Part shown: piece by piece, positions 1 through 9,452 of the stretch
Layout of the letters: every line of letters starts with the position of its first letter
How positions within the stretch are numbered: the stretch's first letter is position 1
Source: Candidatus Micrarchaeota archaeon
GTDB taxonomy: Archaea; Micrarchaeota; Micrarchaeia; Anstonellales; Bilamarchaeaceae
Direction: 5' to 3'
Length of the DNA stretch: 43,030 nt
Assembly: GCA_041694885.1 (NCBI GenBank)
Contig: JBGFRX010000007.1
Coordinates: 1-43,030, forward strand
Program-made: the position numbers and the translations under genes
The notes under the pieces: generated by a model
Told to the model about the DNA's origin: nothing
The model's database searches: none
The model's input: the letters and a program-made list of their open reading frames with translations, nothing else

Positions 1-706
1 GGAGGAACCTATGTAGTGCTGCTTACGGTTCCTGCTGACGGCGTTTACAACGTAACCATAACCTCAACTGACCTTGCGGGAAACAGCAACTCAACAACGA
101 ATTCAAATATCACGGTCGATACGGTCAATCCTTCAGCCACGATAAATTCCCCTGCAACGAATGCATTCCTTAATTCCACAGTGATAAGCATAAACGTCAC
201 GGTGAGCGATGCAACTGCAGGAGTGAACGCAACCAACATTTCAGTGATAAACTCAACAGGCGCAGTTGTGAATTCAACAGTGAACACGAGCACAGGAAAC
301 TACGTCGTTTCCCTGACCGTTCCTGCACAGGGTGTTTACAACATAACCCTTAACACCACGGACCGTGCAGGGAACAGCAACTCTACTACTGTGGCTTCCA
401 ACATTACAATTGACACCATAGCGCCTGCGCCCCTCATAATCTATGCTCCTGCAAGCAATTCTTACAGGACCAACAGGATTCTTTCAATAAACGTGAGCGC
501 GAACGACACCTATCTGAACACAACGAACATTTCAGTGATAAACTCAGCAGGCGCAGTTGTGAATTCAACTCTCAACTCGACCAACGGAGGAACCTATGTA
601 GTGCTGCTTACGGTTCCTGCTGACGGCGTTTACAACGTAACCATAACCTCAACTGACCTTGCGGGAAACAGCAACTCAACAACGAATTCAAATATCACGG
701 TCGATA
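1..706 (+). repeat. Intragenic direct repeat: 1-121 identical to 586-706 (585-bp period)
   Basis: Direct comparison; both copies begin ggaggaacctatgtagtgctgcttacgg. Confidence 0.9.
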
Positions 707-3609
707 TAACCAATCCTTCAGTTACTGCTGCTGCAGTGAATGTAACTTATGCGCAGTCCAGTCAGACAGTAAGAATCAACGTTACTGTGAATGATGCTAC
801 TTCCGGTGTTGCGAGCGTGAGGGTAAACGGGAATCTAATGGTTTCCATCGGAAGCGGCGTTTACCAGTACAATGCAACCGGCACTTCCCTTGGCTGCGGT
901 TCCGACGGTCCGTGCACATTGTCTTTCAATGCGACCGACAACGCTGGTAACTACAATAGTACTGTTACCACAAGTTATACGATAGACAATACTGGTCCGA
1001 CGATATCCAGCGTTTCGCTCGGAAACGTGGACAACTTCTATTCGACGTACGCTTCAAACAGCATAGTGAACCTGCGGGCGAACGTTAGCGATGCTGGAAG
1101 CGGAGTGGGCCTGGTACAGGCGAACTTCACCAATGTATCAGTGAATTGCTCGGGTTCGGGTGCGATACAGAACATGACCTACAACTCGACGCTCGGCCTG
1201 TATACTACACAGTGCAACGTTACTGTAGATGCTGCATCGGCGAACTTCGTCGGAGGAGGAGTCCTCGTAACAGCGGTGGACAACGTGAGCAATGCCGCAG
1301 CGCCTAGAAACTATTCCCCAATAATCCTGTACAACATGACCACGCCGCCGACAAACGACCCGTGCATGCAATTCGGTCCGGCAACGACCAACTTTGCCCA
1401 AATCCCAAACTTCGCAACCGTGAACTTCGTTATCGACGCCTTGGTTAACATGAGCTGCAAGGGGGTGCCACCTGGAGCTCCTCCGTGGACGAACGTATTT
1501 GAAAGGATGTTTGTGATAAACTTCACTTCGGTCAACCTTTCGACACAGGCAAGCGCACAGAAGCTCCAAGGCCTTCAGACTGCGATGAACATAACAATCA
1601 CTCCACCCGGCTCGTTCGGAACTTCGAGGATATTCTTCAACACAAGCTATTTCGTGGAACTGAATACTACAAGCACGGTGCAACTCTATCATCTGCCGTT
1701 CACATCCACTCCGGCGATAATACAGGACGCGGGTTCAGCAGGATACAATGCATCCACGATTACATGGCAGCAGGGGCAAGGCGAAGGCAACCTCACTTTC
1801 ACAGTATACGGGTTCTCGGGCTATAACATAACCGATAACGTAACCCCGACCATAACGTTCAATACTCCTGCCCAGGGGCTGAACACGAGCAATACCGCGC
1901 CGCTCATAAACGTAACTCTCAACGGTACAGGCACGCAGATAAGCGCAGCATACTTCTACATAAACGGAATTCAGGTTGCGAATTACACGAACGCGACTGT
2001 AAACAGCGCGAACTGCGCAGCTGCCTCCAACGGCTCTGAAATATTCACGTGCGCATTCGTGCCGTCCGCGCTTTCGGATGGAGTGAAGAACGTCAGCGTA
2101 ACCGCGTACGATTACGGAGGCGCTTCGCCTGGAAACAGCGCAACAAATTCCAGAACGTTTACTGTTGATGCTACAGCACCAGCCACCACTGCAACAGCAA
2201 TAGCAGCCAACGGCTTAAATTATGCTTTTGGGAGTGGGATAAATACTGCATTTGTGAACATTACTCTGAGCTGCAGCGACGTTACCAGCGGCTGCGCAGT
2301 TACGTATTACTGCACGGACTTGAGCAACACTTGCACACCTAATGTTGTATATTCGGCACCGGTGCAGATCACGAATGAAATCACTACTTATATAAGGTAC
2401 TATTCCAGGGACTACGCCAACAACTCCGAGAGCACGACGAACAAGAGCGTGATAATCGACCGCACCAACCCGGGAATCACAATACAGAGCCCAGTGAGCG
2501 GAACCACATATAACAGCTCCGCAGTTCCCCTCACGTTCACTACCAATGATTCCGGTTCAGGTCTTGCAACCTGCACGCTTTCGATCGGAGGTTCTACTGC
2601 AGGCCTGACTGGTTGCGCGGGCACGACCATGAACCTGCTGAATGGCGCATATACTCTTACAGTCAATGTTGTGGACAATGCGGGCAATACAAACAGCTCT
2701 TCGGTTTCATTTAACGTTTCCTATACCACGATTTCATCCGGCGGAGCAGAAGGAATCGGCAGCATAACTCCAATTACAAATGTAACAAATGTGACAACGC
2801 CGCAGCCAGTAGAAACACCGCGACCAGTAGAGATTATAAATGTAACAACGCCGCAACCAGTGCCGCAGCCAATCAAAACGTCTGTTACTCTTCCAGAAAC
2901 AACAGTAAGAGATACAGGCGTATATGCGATAATAGTCACTATCAGCGGAGCAGTCGGCGACTCTGTCAACGTGGGCGTATCCAAGGTTGAGCAGCTTCCA
3001 CGGGAAGTGCCTGAAGTTCCAGCTACAGAGGGCAACGTGTACAAGTACATGGAGTTAAAAATAGAAAGACCTGCGGATGTCTTGGATGCAACTGTTAATT
3101 TCAGGGTATCCAGGGAATGGGTGGCTGAAAACGGCCACGACCCTGCAACAATTGCGCTATATAGGTACGTAAACGGCGTATGGGTGCGGCTCGCGACCCG
3201 CTTGATCGCAGATGATGCCTCTAATTACTTCTACGAGGCGATCACTACTGGCTTCTCCTACTTCGCAGTAGTTGCTCCTCTTACAGTACTGCCTCCTGAG
3301 ACCTGCCTCACAACTGGCTGCAGCGCGGGCTATTACTGCAAAAATGTTGCAGGTACATACACTTGCGTGAAAATAGAGAAACCGCCGGCTCAGCCAACAC
3401 CACCGATGGAGCAGCCACCAGCGCAGCAGGAACCGGGCTTCGACTGGATAGGTGCCCTGGTAACCTTAGTAGTGGTGCTCGTAATTATCGCAGGAATAGC
3501 GTACTTCGTTACGACGATGGCGAAAAAGCCGCCAGGAGGCGAAGGGCGCAAAGAGGGCTACAAATTCAAGCAGAAGAAGGGTCCGGTTTCAGGGCTTCCT
3601 GAGGTCTGA
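1..3609 (+). CDS. Large cell-surface glycoprotein, 5'-truncated by the window: Ig-like repeats, PGF-pre-PGF domain, C-terminal membrane anchor
   Basis: Open frame from the window start. Repeated 'D.AGNSN' Ig-like units and dense N-x-S/T sequons. PGF-pre-PGF-like block (VYKYM...VNFRVSREWV...IALYRY...W..L.T...YEA.T.GFSYFAV). Pro-rich linker, hydrophobic helix and basic tail. Confidence 0.85.
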   Translation, partial: GGTYVVLLTVPADGVYNVTITSTDLAGNSNSTTNSNITVDTVNPSATINSPATNAFLNSTVISINVTVSDATAGVNATNISVINSTGAVVNSTVNTSTGNYVVSLTVPAQGVYNITLNTTDRAGNSNSTTVASNITIDTIAPAPLIIYAPASNSYRTNRILSINVSANDTYLNTTNISVINSAGAVVNSTLNSTNGGTYVVLLTVPADGVYNVTITSTDLAGNSNSTTNSNITVDITNPSVTAAAVNVTYAQSSQTVRINVTVNDATSGVASVRVNGNLMVSIGSGVYQYNATGTSLGCGSDGPCTLSFNATDNAGNYNSTVTTSYTIDNTGPTISSVSLGNVDNFYSTYASNSIVNLRANVSDAGSGVGLVQANFTNVSVNCSGSGAIQNMTYNSTLGLYTTQCNVTVDAASANFVGGGVLVTAVDNVSNAAAPRNYSPIILYNMTTPPTNDPCMQFGPATTNFAQIPNFATVNFVIDALVNMSCKGVPPGAPPWTNVFERMFVINFTSVNLSTQASAQKLQGLQTAMNITITPPGSFGTSRIFFNTSYFVELNTTSTVQLYHLPFTSTPAIIQDAGSAGYNASTITWQQGQGEGNLTFTVYGFSGYNITDNVTPTITFNTPAQGLNTSNTAPLINVTLNGTGTQISAAYFYINGIQVANYTNATVNSANCAAASNGSEIFTCAFVPSALSDGVKNVSVTAYDYGGASPGNSATNSRTFTVDATAPATTATAIAANGLNYAFGSGINTAFVNITLSCSDVTSGCAVTYYCTDLSNTCTPNVVYSAPVQITNEITTYIRYYSRDYANNSESTTNKSVIIDRTNPGITIQSPVSGTTYNSSAVPLTFTTNDSGSGLATCTLSIGGSTAGLTGCAGTTMNLLNGAYTLTVNVVDNAGNTNSSSVSFNVSYTTISSGGAEGIGSITPITNVTNVTTPQPVETPRPVEIINVTTPQPVPQPIKTSVTLPETTVRDTGVYAIIVTISGAVGDSVNVGVSKVEQLPREVPEVPATEGNVYKYMELKIERPADVLDATVNFRVSREWVAENGHDPATIALYRYVNGVWVRLATRLIADDASNYFYEAITTGFSYFAVVAPLTVLPPETCLTTGCSAGYYCKNVAGTYTCVKIEKPPAQPTPPMEQPPAQQEPGFDWIGALVTLVVVLVIIAGIAYFVTTMAKKPPGGEGRKEGYKFKQKKGPVSGLPEV

Positions 3610-3640
3610 ATTTACTTTATTTTTCTTTCTCCTTTTTTTA
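3610..3640 (+). terminator. Oligo-T terminator-like tract
   Basis: tttactttattttcttttctccttttttt directly after the stop codon. Confidence 0.55.
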
Positions 3641-3796
3641 TATAAATCTGAAGATTAGCGCTGGTTTTGCACAAGCCGCTCGATCAACAGATCGCGAATC
3701 AAAAGCTTTTTATCATTGCGCGGCGAAGCGTATTCGAGTGAATTCGATAAAAACCAAACCGAAAACTCTAAACACAAAACACTTTTGGGTGGAACC

Positions 3797-4252
3797 ATGG
3801 AACAGCCGACAAATCAACCGACAACGCAACCGGCGCAGCAACCGGAGTCGTCTGCTCAAGGAGAAGGGCAGCAGAAACCCGTGCAGCTGCAAAATCCAGC
3901 TATGCGCAAAATCCAAAACCAAAGGCCGGGAATCCAGAACCAAAAAGAGGAAACCGGAAACAAGCAACGCGAAACCCCGAGGAAGGAAGACAACGTGATA
4001 TTGGTAGGCAAGAAGCCGCCCATGAGCTACGTCCTTGCAGTGGTAACGAGTTTCGACAAGGGCTTCCCGGAAGTTACGATAAAGGCAAGGGGTAATGTCA
4101 TTTCTTCCGCAGTGGACGTAGAAGAAATAGTGCGGCATCGCTTCCTACCTGGAGTGAAAATAAAAACGGTGCGCCTCATGACCGAGGAGCTCACGAACCG
4201 CGACGGCCGCCTGAGCAAGGTCTCCGCAATAGAAATTGTGCTTATGAAGTGA
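3797..4252 (+). CDS. albA: DNA/RNA-binding protein Alba with a Q/P-rich N-terminal extension
   Basis: NVILVGKKPPMSYVLAV...VTIKARG..IS.AVDV.EIVR.RF...SKVSAIEI is the Alba signature. ATG 3797 chosen after a GGTGG SD-like motif. Confidence 0.9.
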   Translation: MEQPTNQPTTQPAQQPESSAQGEGQQKPVQLQNPAMRKIQNQRPGIQNQKEETGNKQRETPRKEDNVILVGKKPPMSYVLAVVTSFDKGFPEVTIKARGNVISSAVDVEEIVRHRFLPGVKIKTVRLMTEELTNRDGRLSKVSAIEIVLMK

Positions 4253-5198
4253 ATTTCGAGGCAATTGCGCCTCGCGCCTTCTTTTTGCTCCAGTATTTCA
4301 GGTAAATAAGGGCTCTGGGAGCAGCCAGTTTCAGGGCGTGAACCTGTTTTGGGTTAAGGAGGGCATTTTGGACAAGAATGCCTTCGGCTTCATCGAGTTT
4401 CTTCTTATCTTTGGATTCGGCAGAAACTGTCTTCTCAAGCCAGTAAAACTCATTGCTCATGCTGATTAGAAGTAAAAGCGCGCGGGCTGCCATAGTTGCG
4501 AGTTGAGCCCTCACGATTTTCCCCTGCGGAAGCGAGTCGGTGAAGCTGCCCAATGCGCTTTGGGGAATGAAAAACGCAGGCAGCGGCTCGATTTCCGCGC
4601 ATTTCAAGAGGGTTGCTTGGATGGATTCGATGCATTGAACCTCTCCGAAATTGGCGCCTCTTAGCTTATTCTGATCCGAAACGATGCGTTCCCAGTCCAA
4701 AGCCATGTGCTTCAAGTCAGCACCCAAGTTCAAAAGGCAATCTATGTCGAAAATGTCCTTGATCATCTGGGTTGGTTCTGCCTCAAAGCGCCCGATAGTG
4801 CCAAAAGCCAGAGAAGAAAACTTCGCGGCAAGGAAATAACACTTCTTGGGAATCCTGACCCGGGTTCCGCCAACTACGTGGGTTTCTGTTTCCGGAATTG
4901 CTGACCTGCTGATATCCAGCTTCACTATTGCCTCATCTTTATTCATGGTAAAAAACAGGAAGTTCGGATCGCGGCTCTTCCGTTCTGCTACCGAATAACC
5001 CTCTTTTTCGAGTTCGGCAATAAGAGTTTTCACATCGCCCGCATAAGAAATGTCCAAATCGATGCTGAGTCTTTTTGGTTTTTCGAGCAGGGCCTGTATC
5101 GCGCTGCCACCCAGGAAAACTACTCGCGGATCTATTTTCACAAGCACGGATAATGCCTGGAACACCATTTCGCTGCGCTTTTCAAATTCCCTGTTCAT
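4242..5198 (-). CDS. AbiEii-family nucleotidyltransferase (type IV TA toxin-like)
   Basis: VFLGGSAI...RLSIDLDI motif, followed by AAK and KDIFDI motifs typical of AbiEii. Confidence 0.75.
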   Translation of the reverse strand: MNREFEKRSEMVFQALSVLVKIDPRVVFLGGSAIQALLEKPKRLSIDLDISYAGDVKTLIAELEKEGYSVAERKSRDPNFLFFTMNKDEAIVKLDISRSAIPETETHVVGGTRVRIPKKCYFLAAKFSSLAFGTIGRFEAEPTQMIKDIFDIDCLLNLGADLKHMALDWERIVSDQNKLRGANFGEVQCIESIQATLLKCAEIEPLPAFFIPQSALGSFTDSLPQGKIVRAQLATMAARALLLLISMSNEFYWLEKTVSAESKDKKKLDEAEGILVQNALLNPKQVHALKLAAPRALIYLKYWSKKKARGAIASKFTS

Positions 5199-5794
5199 TC
5201 AATCATCTTAATGAGTTCCAGGTTCCTGGAGCCGGATTTGTAATGCCGCTCGTCAATTTTAAGGTGCTCCTTGCGCGAAAGTTTGTATGCAAATATGCTG
5301 ACGAACCATCCCAAATACCTCCTTAGCGAATAGCGATATAGCTCATTGAAGCGGATTAGGCTGTGTGTCAAGTAGTATTCCCACAAACCAAGCACGTCCA
5401 TAAGTGAAATGGGCAGAATCTCGGTTTTCGCATAATGCAGCAGGTCCACAAGACATTTCTCAGTTTTCGGATGCAATCCCTCAACTTCGCGCCTGTGCCT
5501 GGCTTCCCTGGCTACAACCACTATGCTGGCTTCTTTCTCTGCCCGATTGATTTTTAGTATTGGTTTTTTCACTCCTGCGTAAATATCATGATAAGGAAAA
5601 TTGACAGCCAAAATCTCAACCAGCGGATCAACCGCTGCTCTATCACATTCCACAAAAATTATGTTTTTTCTCCAATCGTGCAGATGCGGCATAAACGGTG
5701 TAATATCCCAAACAGTAAAGCTGACCGCTGGCATTTCTCTGGAAACGATTCTTACTATTTTTTCGGCATCTTTTCCGAAGATATTTTTTGTCAT
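5195..5794 (-). CDS. Putative AbiEi-like antitoxin / partner protein
   Basis: Overlaps the AbiEii start by 4 bp (ATGA). TEKCLVDL resembles the AbiEi C-terminal E(R/K)xxxD motif. Confidence 0.5.
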   Translation of the reverse strand: MTKNIFGKDAEKIVRIVSREMPAVSFTVWDITPFMPHLHDWRKNIIFVECDRAAVDPLVEILAVNFPYHDIYAGVKKPILKINRAEKEASIVVVAREARHRREVEGLHPKTEKCLVDLLHYAKTEILPISLMDVLGLWEYYLTHSLIRFNELYRYSLRRYLGWFVSIFAYKLSRKEHLKIDERHYKSGSRNLELIKMIE

Positions 5795-5812
5795 GTAATT
5801 AGATTATATGAC
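5790..5812. promoter_or_regulatory. Palindromic operator candidate over the start codon of the AbiE-like operon
   Basis: gtcatgtaat-tag-attatatgac (9/10 inverted match), next to TATA-like tttataat. Confidence 0.55.
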
Positions 5813-5900
5813 CATTATTTATAATACTATGTTAACATGGCTACTCTCAGCATCCGAATGCCCAAAACCTTTATAAACCTGCTAAACCATAATATACAAC

Positions 5901-6725
5901 ATGAAAGAAACCCTTCAGTGCTTCTTAGAAAAAGCCGGATTCCTGCCAGAGGATGCGCAATATCTCGCGTTGCATGAGTATTTTTGTCACAAAACAAAAA
6001 CCGAAGATGAAATCAAGGCATTGCTGGAAAAAATTCGCAAGACGTACGGGTGCAGTATGGATGATGTGAAAAAAGCGATACTCACATATCCACAATTCGC
6101 AGGCCTCGACCATCTCCGCGTAGTAAGGGAGCTTGCAACGATATACGGAAGCGAGGAAAAGGTGAAGGAGGCAATACTCACACATACACAATTCGCAGGC
6201 CTCGACCATCTCCGCGTAGTAAGGGAGCTTGCGGCAATATACGGAAGCGAGGAAAAGGTGAAAAAAGCGATACTCAAGTTCCCGCAATTCGCAGACCTCG
6301 ACCATCTCCGCGTAGTAAGGGAGCTTGCGGCAATATACGGAAGCGAGGAAAAGGTGAAAAAAGCGATACTCAAGTTCCCACCATTCACAGGCCTTGACCA
6401 TCTGAGGGTGATAAGAGAAAGAGCCAAATTAGGGCGCATCTTCGGTTTATCAAAAGAAGAAGTCATGGGAAAAATGCTAAGCAACCCAGTTCTTGCCGGC
6501 TATTCTGTAAAACGCTATGTTGCAGGCATAGCCGTTGCGAAGGCGCTTAAGCGGGAAATGGAAGAGAAGGCGATAATCGTCAAAGACGAAGAAATGCTAA
6601 GGATTTTCTTCAGTAACATAAGCAAAAGCCCTTACGTTCCAGGAACGAAAAAGATGCGGTTTCGGGCCGTGGGCCAGCCAGAGCCGCAGTTAATGAAAGC
6701 GATGAGAAAATCGCTTCTCAAGTAG
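5901..6725 (+). CDS. Helical tandem-repeat protein, mTERF-like
   Basis: About 3.6 near-identical 32-aa repeats (VKKAILxxPQFAGLDHLRVVRELAAIYGSEEK) plus a degenerate unit FGLSKEEVMGKMLSNPVLAGYS. TATA tttataaa upstream. Confidence 0.6.
   Translation: MKETLQCFLEKAGFLPEDAQYLALHEYFCHKTKTEDEIKALLEKIRKTYGCSMDDVKKAILTYPQFAGLDHLRVVRELATIYGSEEKVKEAILTHTQFAGLDHLRVVRELAAIYGSEEKVKKAILKFPQFADLDHLRVVRELAAIYGSEEKVKKAILKFPPFTGLDHLRVIRERAKLGRIFGLSKEEVMGKMLSNPVLAGYSVKRYVAGIAVAKALKREMEEKAIIVKDEEMLRIFFSNISKSPYVPGTKKMRFRAVGQPEPQLMKAMRKSLLK
6066..6410 (+). repeat. 96-bp tandem repeat, about 3.6 copies
   Basis: Units start at 6066, 6162, 6258 and 6354. Confidence 0.9.
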
Positions 6726-6768
6726 TGCCGTAGTTATCTATTTATTCCGCCCCTCTGCAATTTAATTT

Positions 6769-9315
6769 ATGATTTCCCGCGCCGAGAAGGAATACTCGCA
6801 ATTGGAAATAGAGAGCATGCTCGAAGGCCCTGTGCGCGAGTGGTTTAAATCCAAATACAGGGAATTCACCCCTCCTCAAAAGTACGCGGTGATGGAGATC
6901 CACCAGGGCAATAACGTGCTGATTTCCTCTCCAACCGGAAGCGGAAAAACGCTTTCTGCATTCATGGGAATTTTGAACGAACTGATCCGTTTGGGAAGGA
7001 GCGGGCAGCTCGAAGACCGGGTCTATTGCATTTACATTTCCCCGCTCAGGGCGCTGAACAACGACATAAGGAGGAATCTGGAGGAGCCGCTCGCTGAAAT
7101 AAAGGAGGCGTTTGAAAAAAAGGGTGCGAAAATGCCAGGCATAAGGGTTGCGATAAGGACCGGAGACACTCCGCAGTCCGAAAAATCCAGAATGCTGAAA
7201 AAGCCGCCGCACATTCTCATCACCACTCCGGAAAGTTTGGCGATAATTTTGAACGCGCCGAAATTTTCCGAAAAACTGGAAAACGCGCGCTGGGCGATAG
7301 TGGACGAGATACACGCGCTCGCGGAGAACAAAAGAGGGGTGCATCTTTCTCTGAGTTTGGAACGCCTCGCTGCAAGATGCAAATGCGATTTCACCAGAAT
7401 AGGGCTAAGTGCAACCGTTTTCCCTCTAGAAAACGTGGCGAAATTCTTGGTCGGAGAGGGGCGCAACTGCAAAATAGTAGATGTAAATTATCTGAAAAAG
7501 ACGAAAATCTACGTAACCTCGCCTATTGAGGATTTGATTTACACCTCTGCAGAAAAGGCGAACGCAGAGACGTACGACCTGCTGGACAGGATAATTTCCA
7601 TGCACAAAACCACGCTCGTTTTTACAAATACGAGGAGCGCGACCGAAAGGGTGGTACACCACCTGAAGACGAAATTCGGGGACAAATACATAGAGAATAT
7701 TGCCGCGCACCACAGTTCGCTTTCGCGCGAGCACCGCCTCGACGTGGAGGAAAAACTGAAAAAGGGCGAACTCAAGGTCGTCGTTTCGTCCACGAGCTTG
7801 GAGCTCGGCATAGACATAGGAAGCATAGACGTTGTTGTGCTGCTCGGCTCCCCCAAAAGCGTTTCCCGTACGCTCCAGAGAATAGGGAGGAGCGGGCACA
7901 AGCTGCACGAGACCTCGCAGGGCGTAATAGTGGTGCTTGACCGTGACGACCTCGTAGAAGACGTGGTGCTCGCGCACGATGCGCGGAGCAGAAAATTCGA
8001 CAGGATAAAGATATACAAGAATGCGTTGGACGTGCTTGCGCAGCACCTTCTGGGAATGGCCCTGGAAAGGAAATGGAACGCGGAAGAGGCGCTCGCTGTT
8101 GTGAGGAAGAGTTATTGCTATTCCGATTTGAAAAAAGAGGATTTCGAGGATGTGCTCAAATACCTGAGTGGCTATTACTCTCTTCTTGAGGAAAAATATG
8201 TTTACGGAAAGGTCTGGTACGATGGAATGGAATTCGGGAAAAGGGGAAAAAGCGCGCGCGCAATCTATTACATGAACATAGGCACCATTCCCGACGAGCC
8301 GAAAATCCACGTGTTTGCGGACGACAAGAGATACATAGGGGAGATAGAGGAGGGCTTCGCCGAGCACCTCGTGGAAGGGGACGTGTTCGTGCTCGGGGGA
8401 AGGACCTATATATTCACAGGTGGCGTGGGGAATAGGGTATACGCAACCTCGACCACGAGCAAAAAGCCCACTGTTCCGGCGTGGTTCTCCGAGATGCTCC
8501 CGCTCTCATACGAGCTCGCGCTGGATATAGAGAAATTCAGGTACGACGCGCTGAAAATGGGCGAAGTGGAAATTTCCAAGAAATACAATGTGAACGAAAA
8601 GACCGCAAAGGCGGTTCTTAACTACCTGAAGGAGCAGGAAAAATTTTCCAGGGTCCCGAAAGAAGACGAATTCCTTGTGGAAGAATGGAAGGACGACGAC
8701 GATTTGCCCAACTATATATTCCATTCTGTGTGTGGAAGAAAAGCGAACGACGCGATTGCGCGCGTTTTCGCGTTCGAACTGGGAAAGAAAAAGAAATGCA
8801 ACGTCGCCGCTTCCATTTCCGACTATGGTTTCGTGCTGCGTTTTCCGAAGGGAAAGTTCATGACCAAATTGGAAATTGAGGAGCTGCTCTGGTTGGAAAA
8901 TTTCGGGAAAAAACTGGAAGAGGCACTTGAAAATACGGAAATGCTCAAGAGAAGGTTCAAGAACGTGGCAGGAAGAAGCTATCTCATCCTGAAAAGGTAT
9001 CCTGGGAGGGAGATGCTCTCTGCAAGACAGCAGATAAATTCCGAGAACCTTCTCAATATCATAAGGGAAACTTTGCCCGATTTTCCGATGCTTAGGGAGG
9101 TGTACAGGGAGATAATGCAGGACGCGATGCACGTGGACGAGGCGTTAGATTACATGGAAAAACTAAGGAAGAGGCGGATCATAATAGAAGTGCCCGAAGT
9201 CCCGTCCCCATTCGCATTCAACTTAGTTGCCTTAGGCGCGAAAGACGTGGTCATGGTGGAGGACAGGAGAGAATTCATAAGGAAGATGCACGAACGGCTG
9301 CTAAAGAGGGTTTAA
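6769..9315 (+). CDS. lhr: Lhr-family ATP-dependent helicase
   Basis: SPTGSGKT, ITTPES, DEIH, GLSAT, LELGIDIG, QRIGRSGH and GTIPD motifs. Confidence 0.93.
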   Translation: MISRAEKEYSQLEIESMLEGPVREWFKSKYREFTPPQKYAVMEIHQGNNVLISSPTGSGKTLSAFMGILNELIRLGRSGQLEDRVYCIYISPLRALNNDIRRNLEEPLAEIKEAFEKKGAKMPGIRVAIRTGDTPQSEKSRMLKKPPHILITTPESLAIILNAPKFSEKLENARWAIVDEIHALAENKRGVHLSLSLERLAARCKCDFTRIGLSATVFPLENVAKFLVGEGRNCKIVDVNYLKKTKIYVTSPIEDLIYTSAEKANAETYDLLDRIISMHKTTLVFTNTRSATERVVHHLKTKFGDKYIENIAAHHSSLSREHRLDVEEKLKKGELKVVVSSTSLELGIDIGSIDVVVLLGSPKSVSRTLQRIGRSGHKLHETSQGVIVVLDRDDLVEDVVLAHDARSRKFDRIKIYKNALDVLAQHLLGMALERKWNAEEALAVVRKSYCYSDLKKEDFEDVLKYLSGYYSLLEEKYVYGKVWYDGMEFGKRGKSARAIYYMNIGTIPDEPKIHVFADDKRYIGEIEEGFAEHLVEGDVFVLGGRTYIFTGGVGNRVYATSTTSKKPTVPAWFSEMLPLSYELALDIEKFRYDALKMGEVEISKKYNVNEKTAKAVLNYLKEQEKFSRVPKEDEFLVEEWKDDDDLPNYIFHSVCGRKANDAIARVFAFELGKKKKCNVAASISDYGFVLRFPKGKFMTKLEIEELLWLENFGKKLEEALENTEMLKRRFKNVAGRSYLILKRYPGREMLSARQQINSENLLNIIRETLPDFPMLREVYREIMQDAMHVDEALDYMEKLRKRRIIIEVPEVPSPFAFNLVALGAKDVVMVEDRREFIRKMHERLLKRV

Positions 9316-9349
9316 AAAGTGGTAATACGTAATATTTGCGGGTGAGAGA

Positions 9350-9448
9350 ATGGATATCCGGAAAGGAAGTGCGGTTACCGAAAAAGAAATGAAGGAAATA
9401 TGGAAAATAGCAAAGAATTTCAACTCGAAAATGAAAATTCCAAGGTAA
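9350..9448 (+). CDS. Possible 32-aa small protein (MDIRKGSAVTEKEMKEIWKIAKNFNSKMKIPR)
   Basis: Fills the lhr-MPE gap, follows a GGTGA SD-like motif, and stops 4 bp before the next ATG. Confidence 0.3.
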   Translation: MDIRKGSAVTEKEMKEIWKIAKNFNSKMKIPR

Positions 9449-9452
9449 GCGC

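Noticed and set aside
7426..9132. Long antisense ORFs over lhr (and similar ones over other genes)
   Set aside because: They fully overlap well-supported genes on the opposite strand and show no recognisable motifs.
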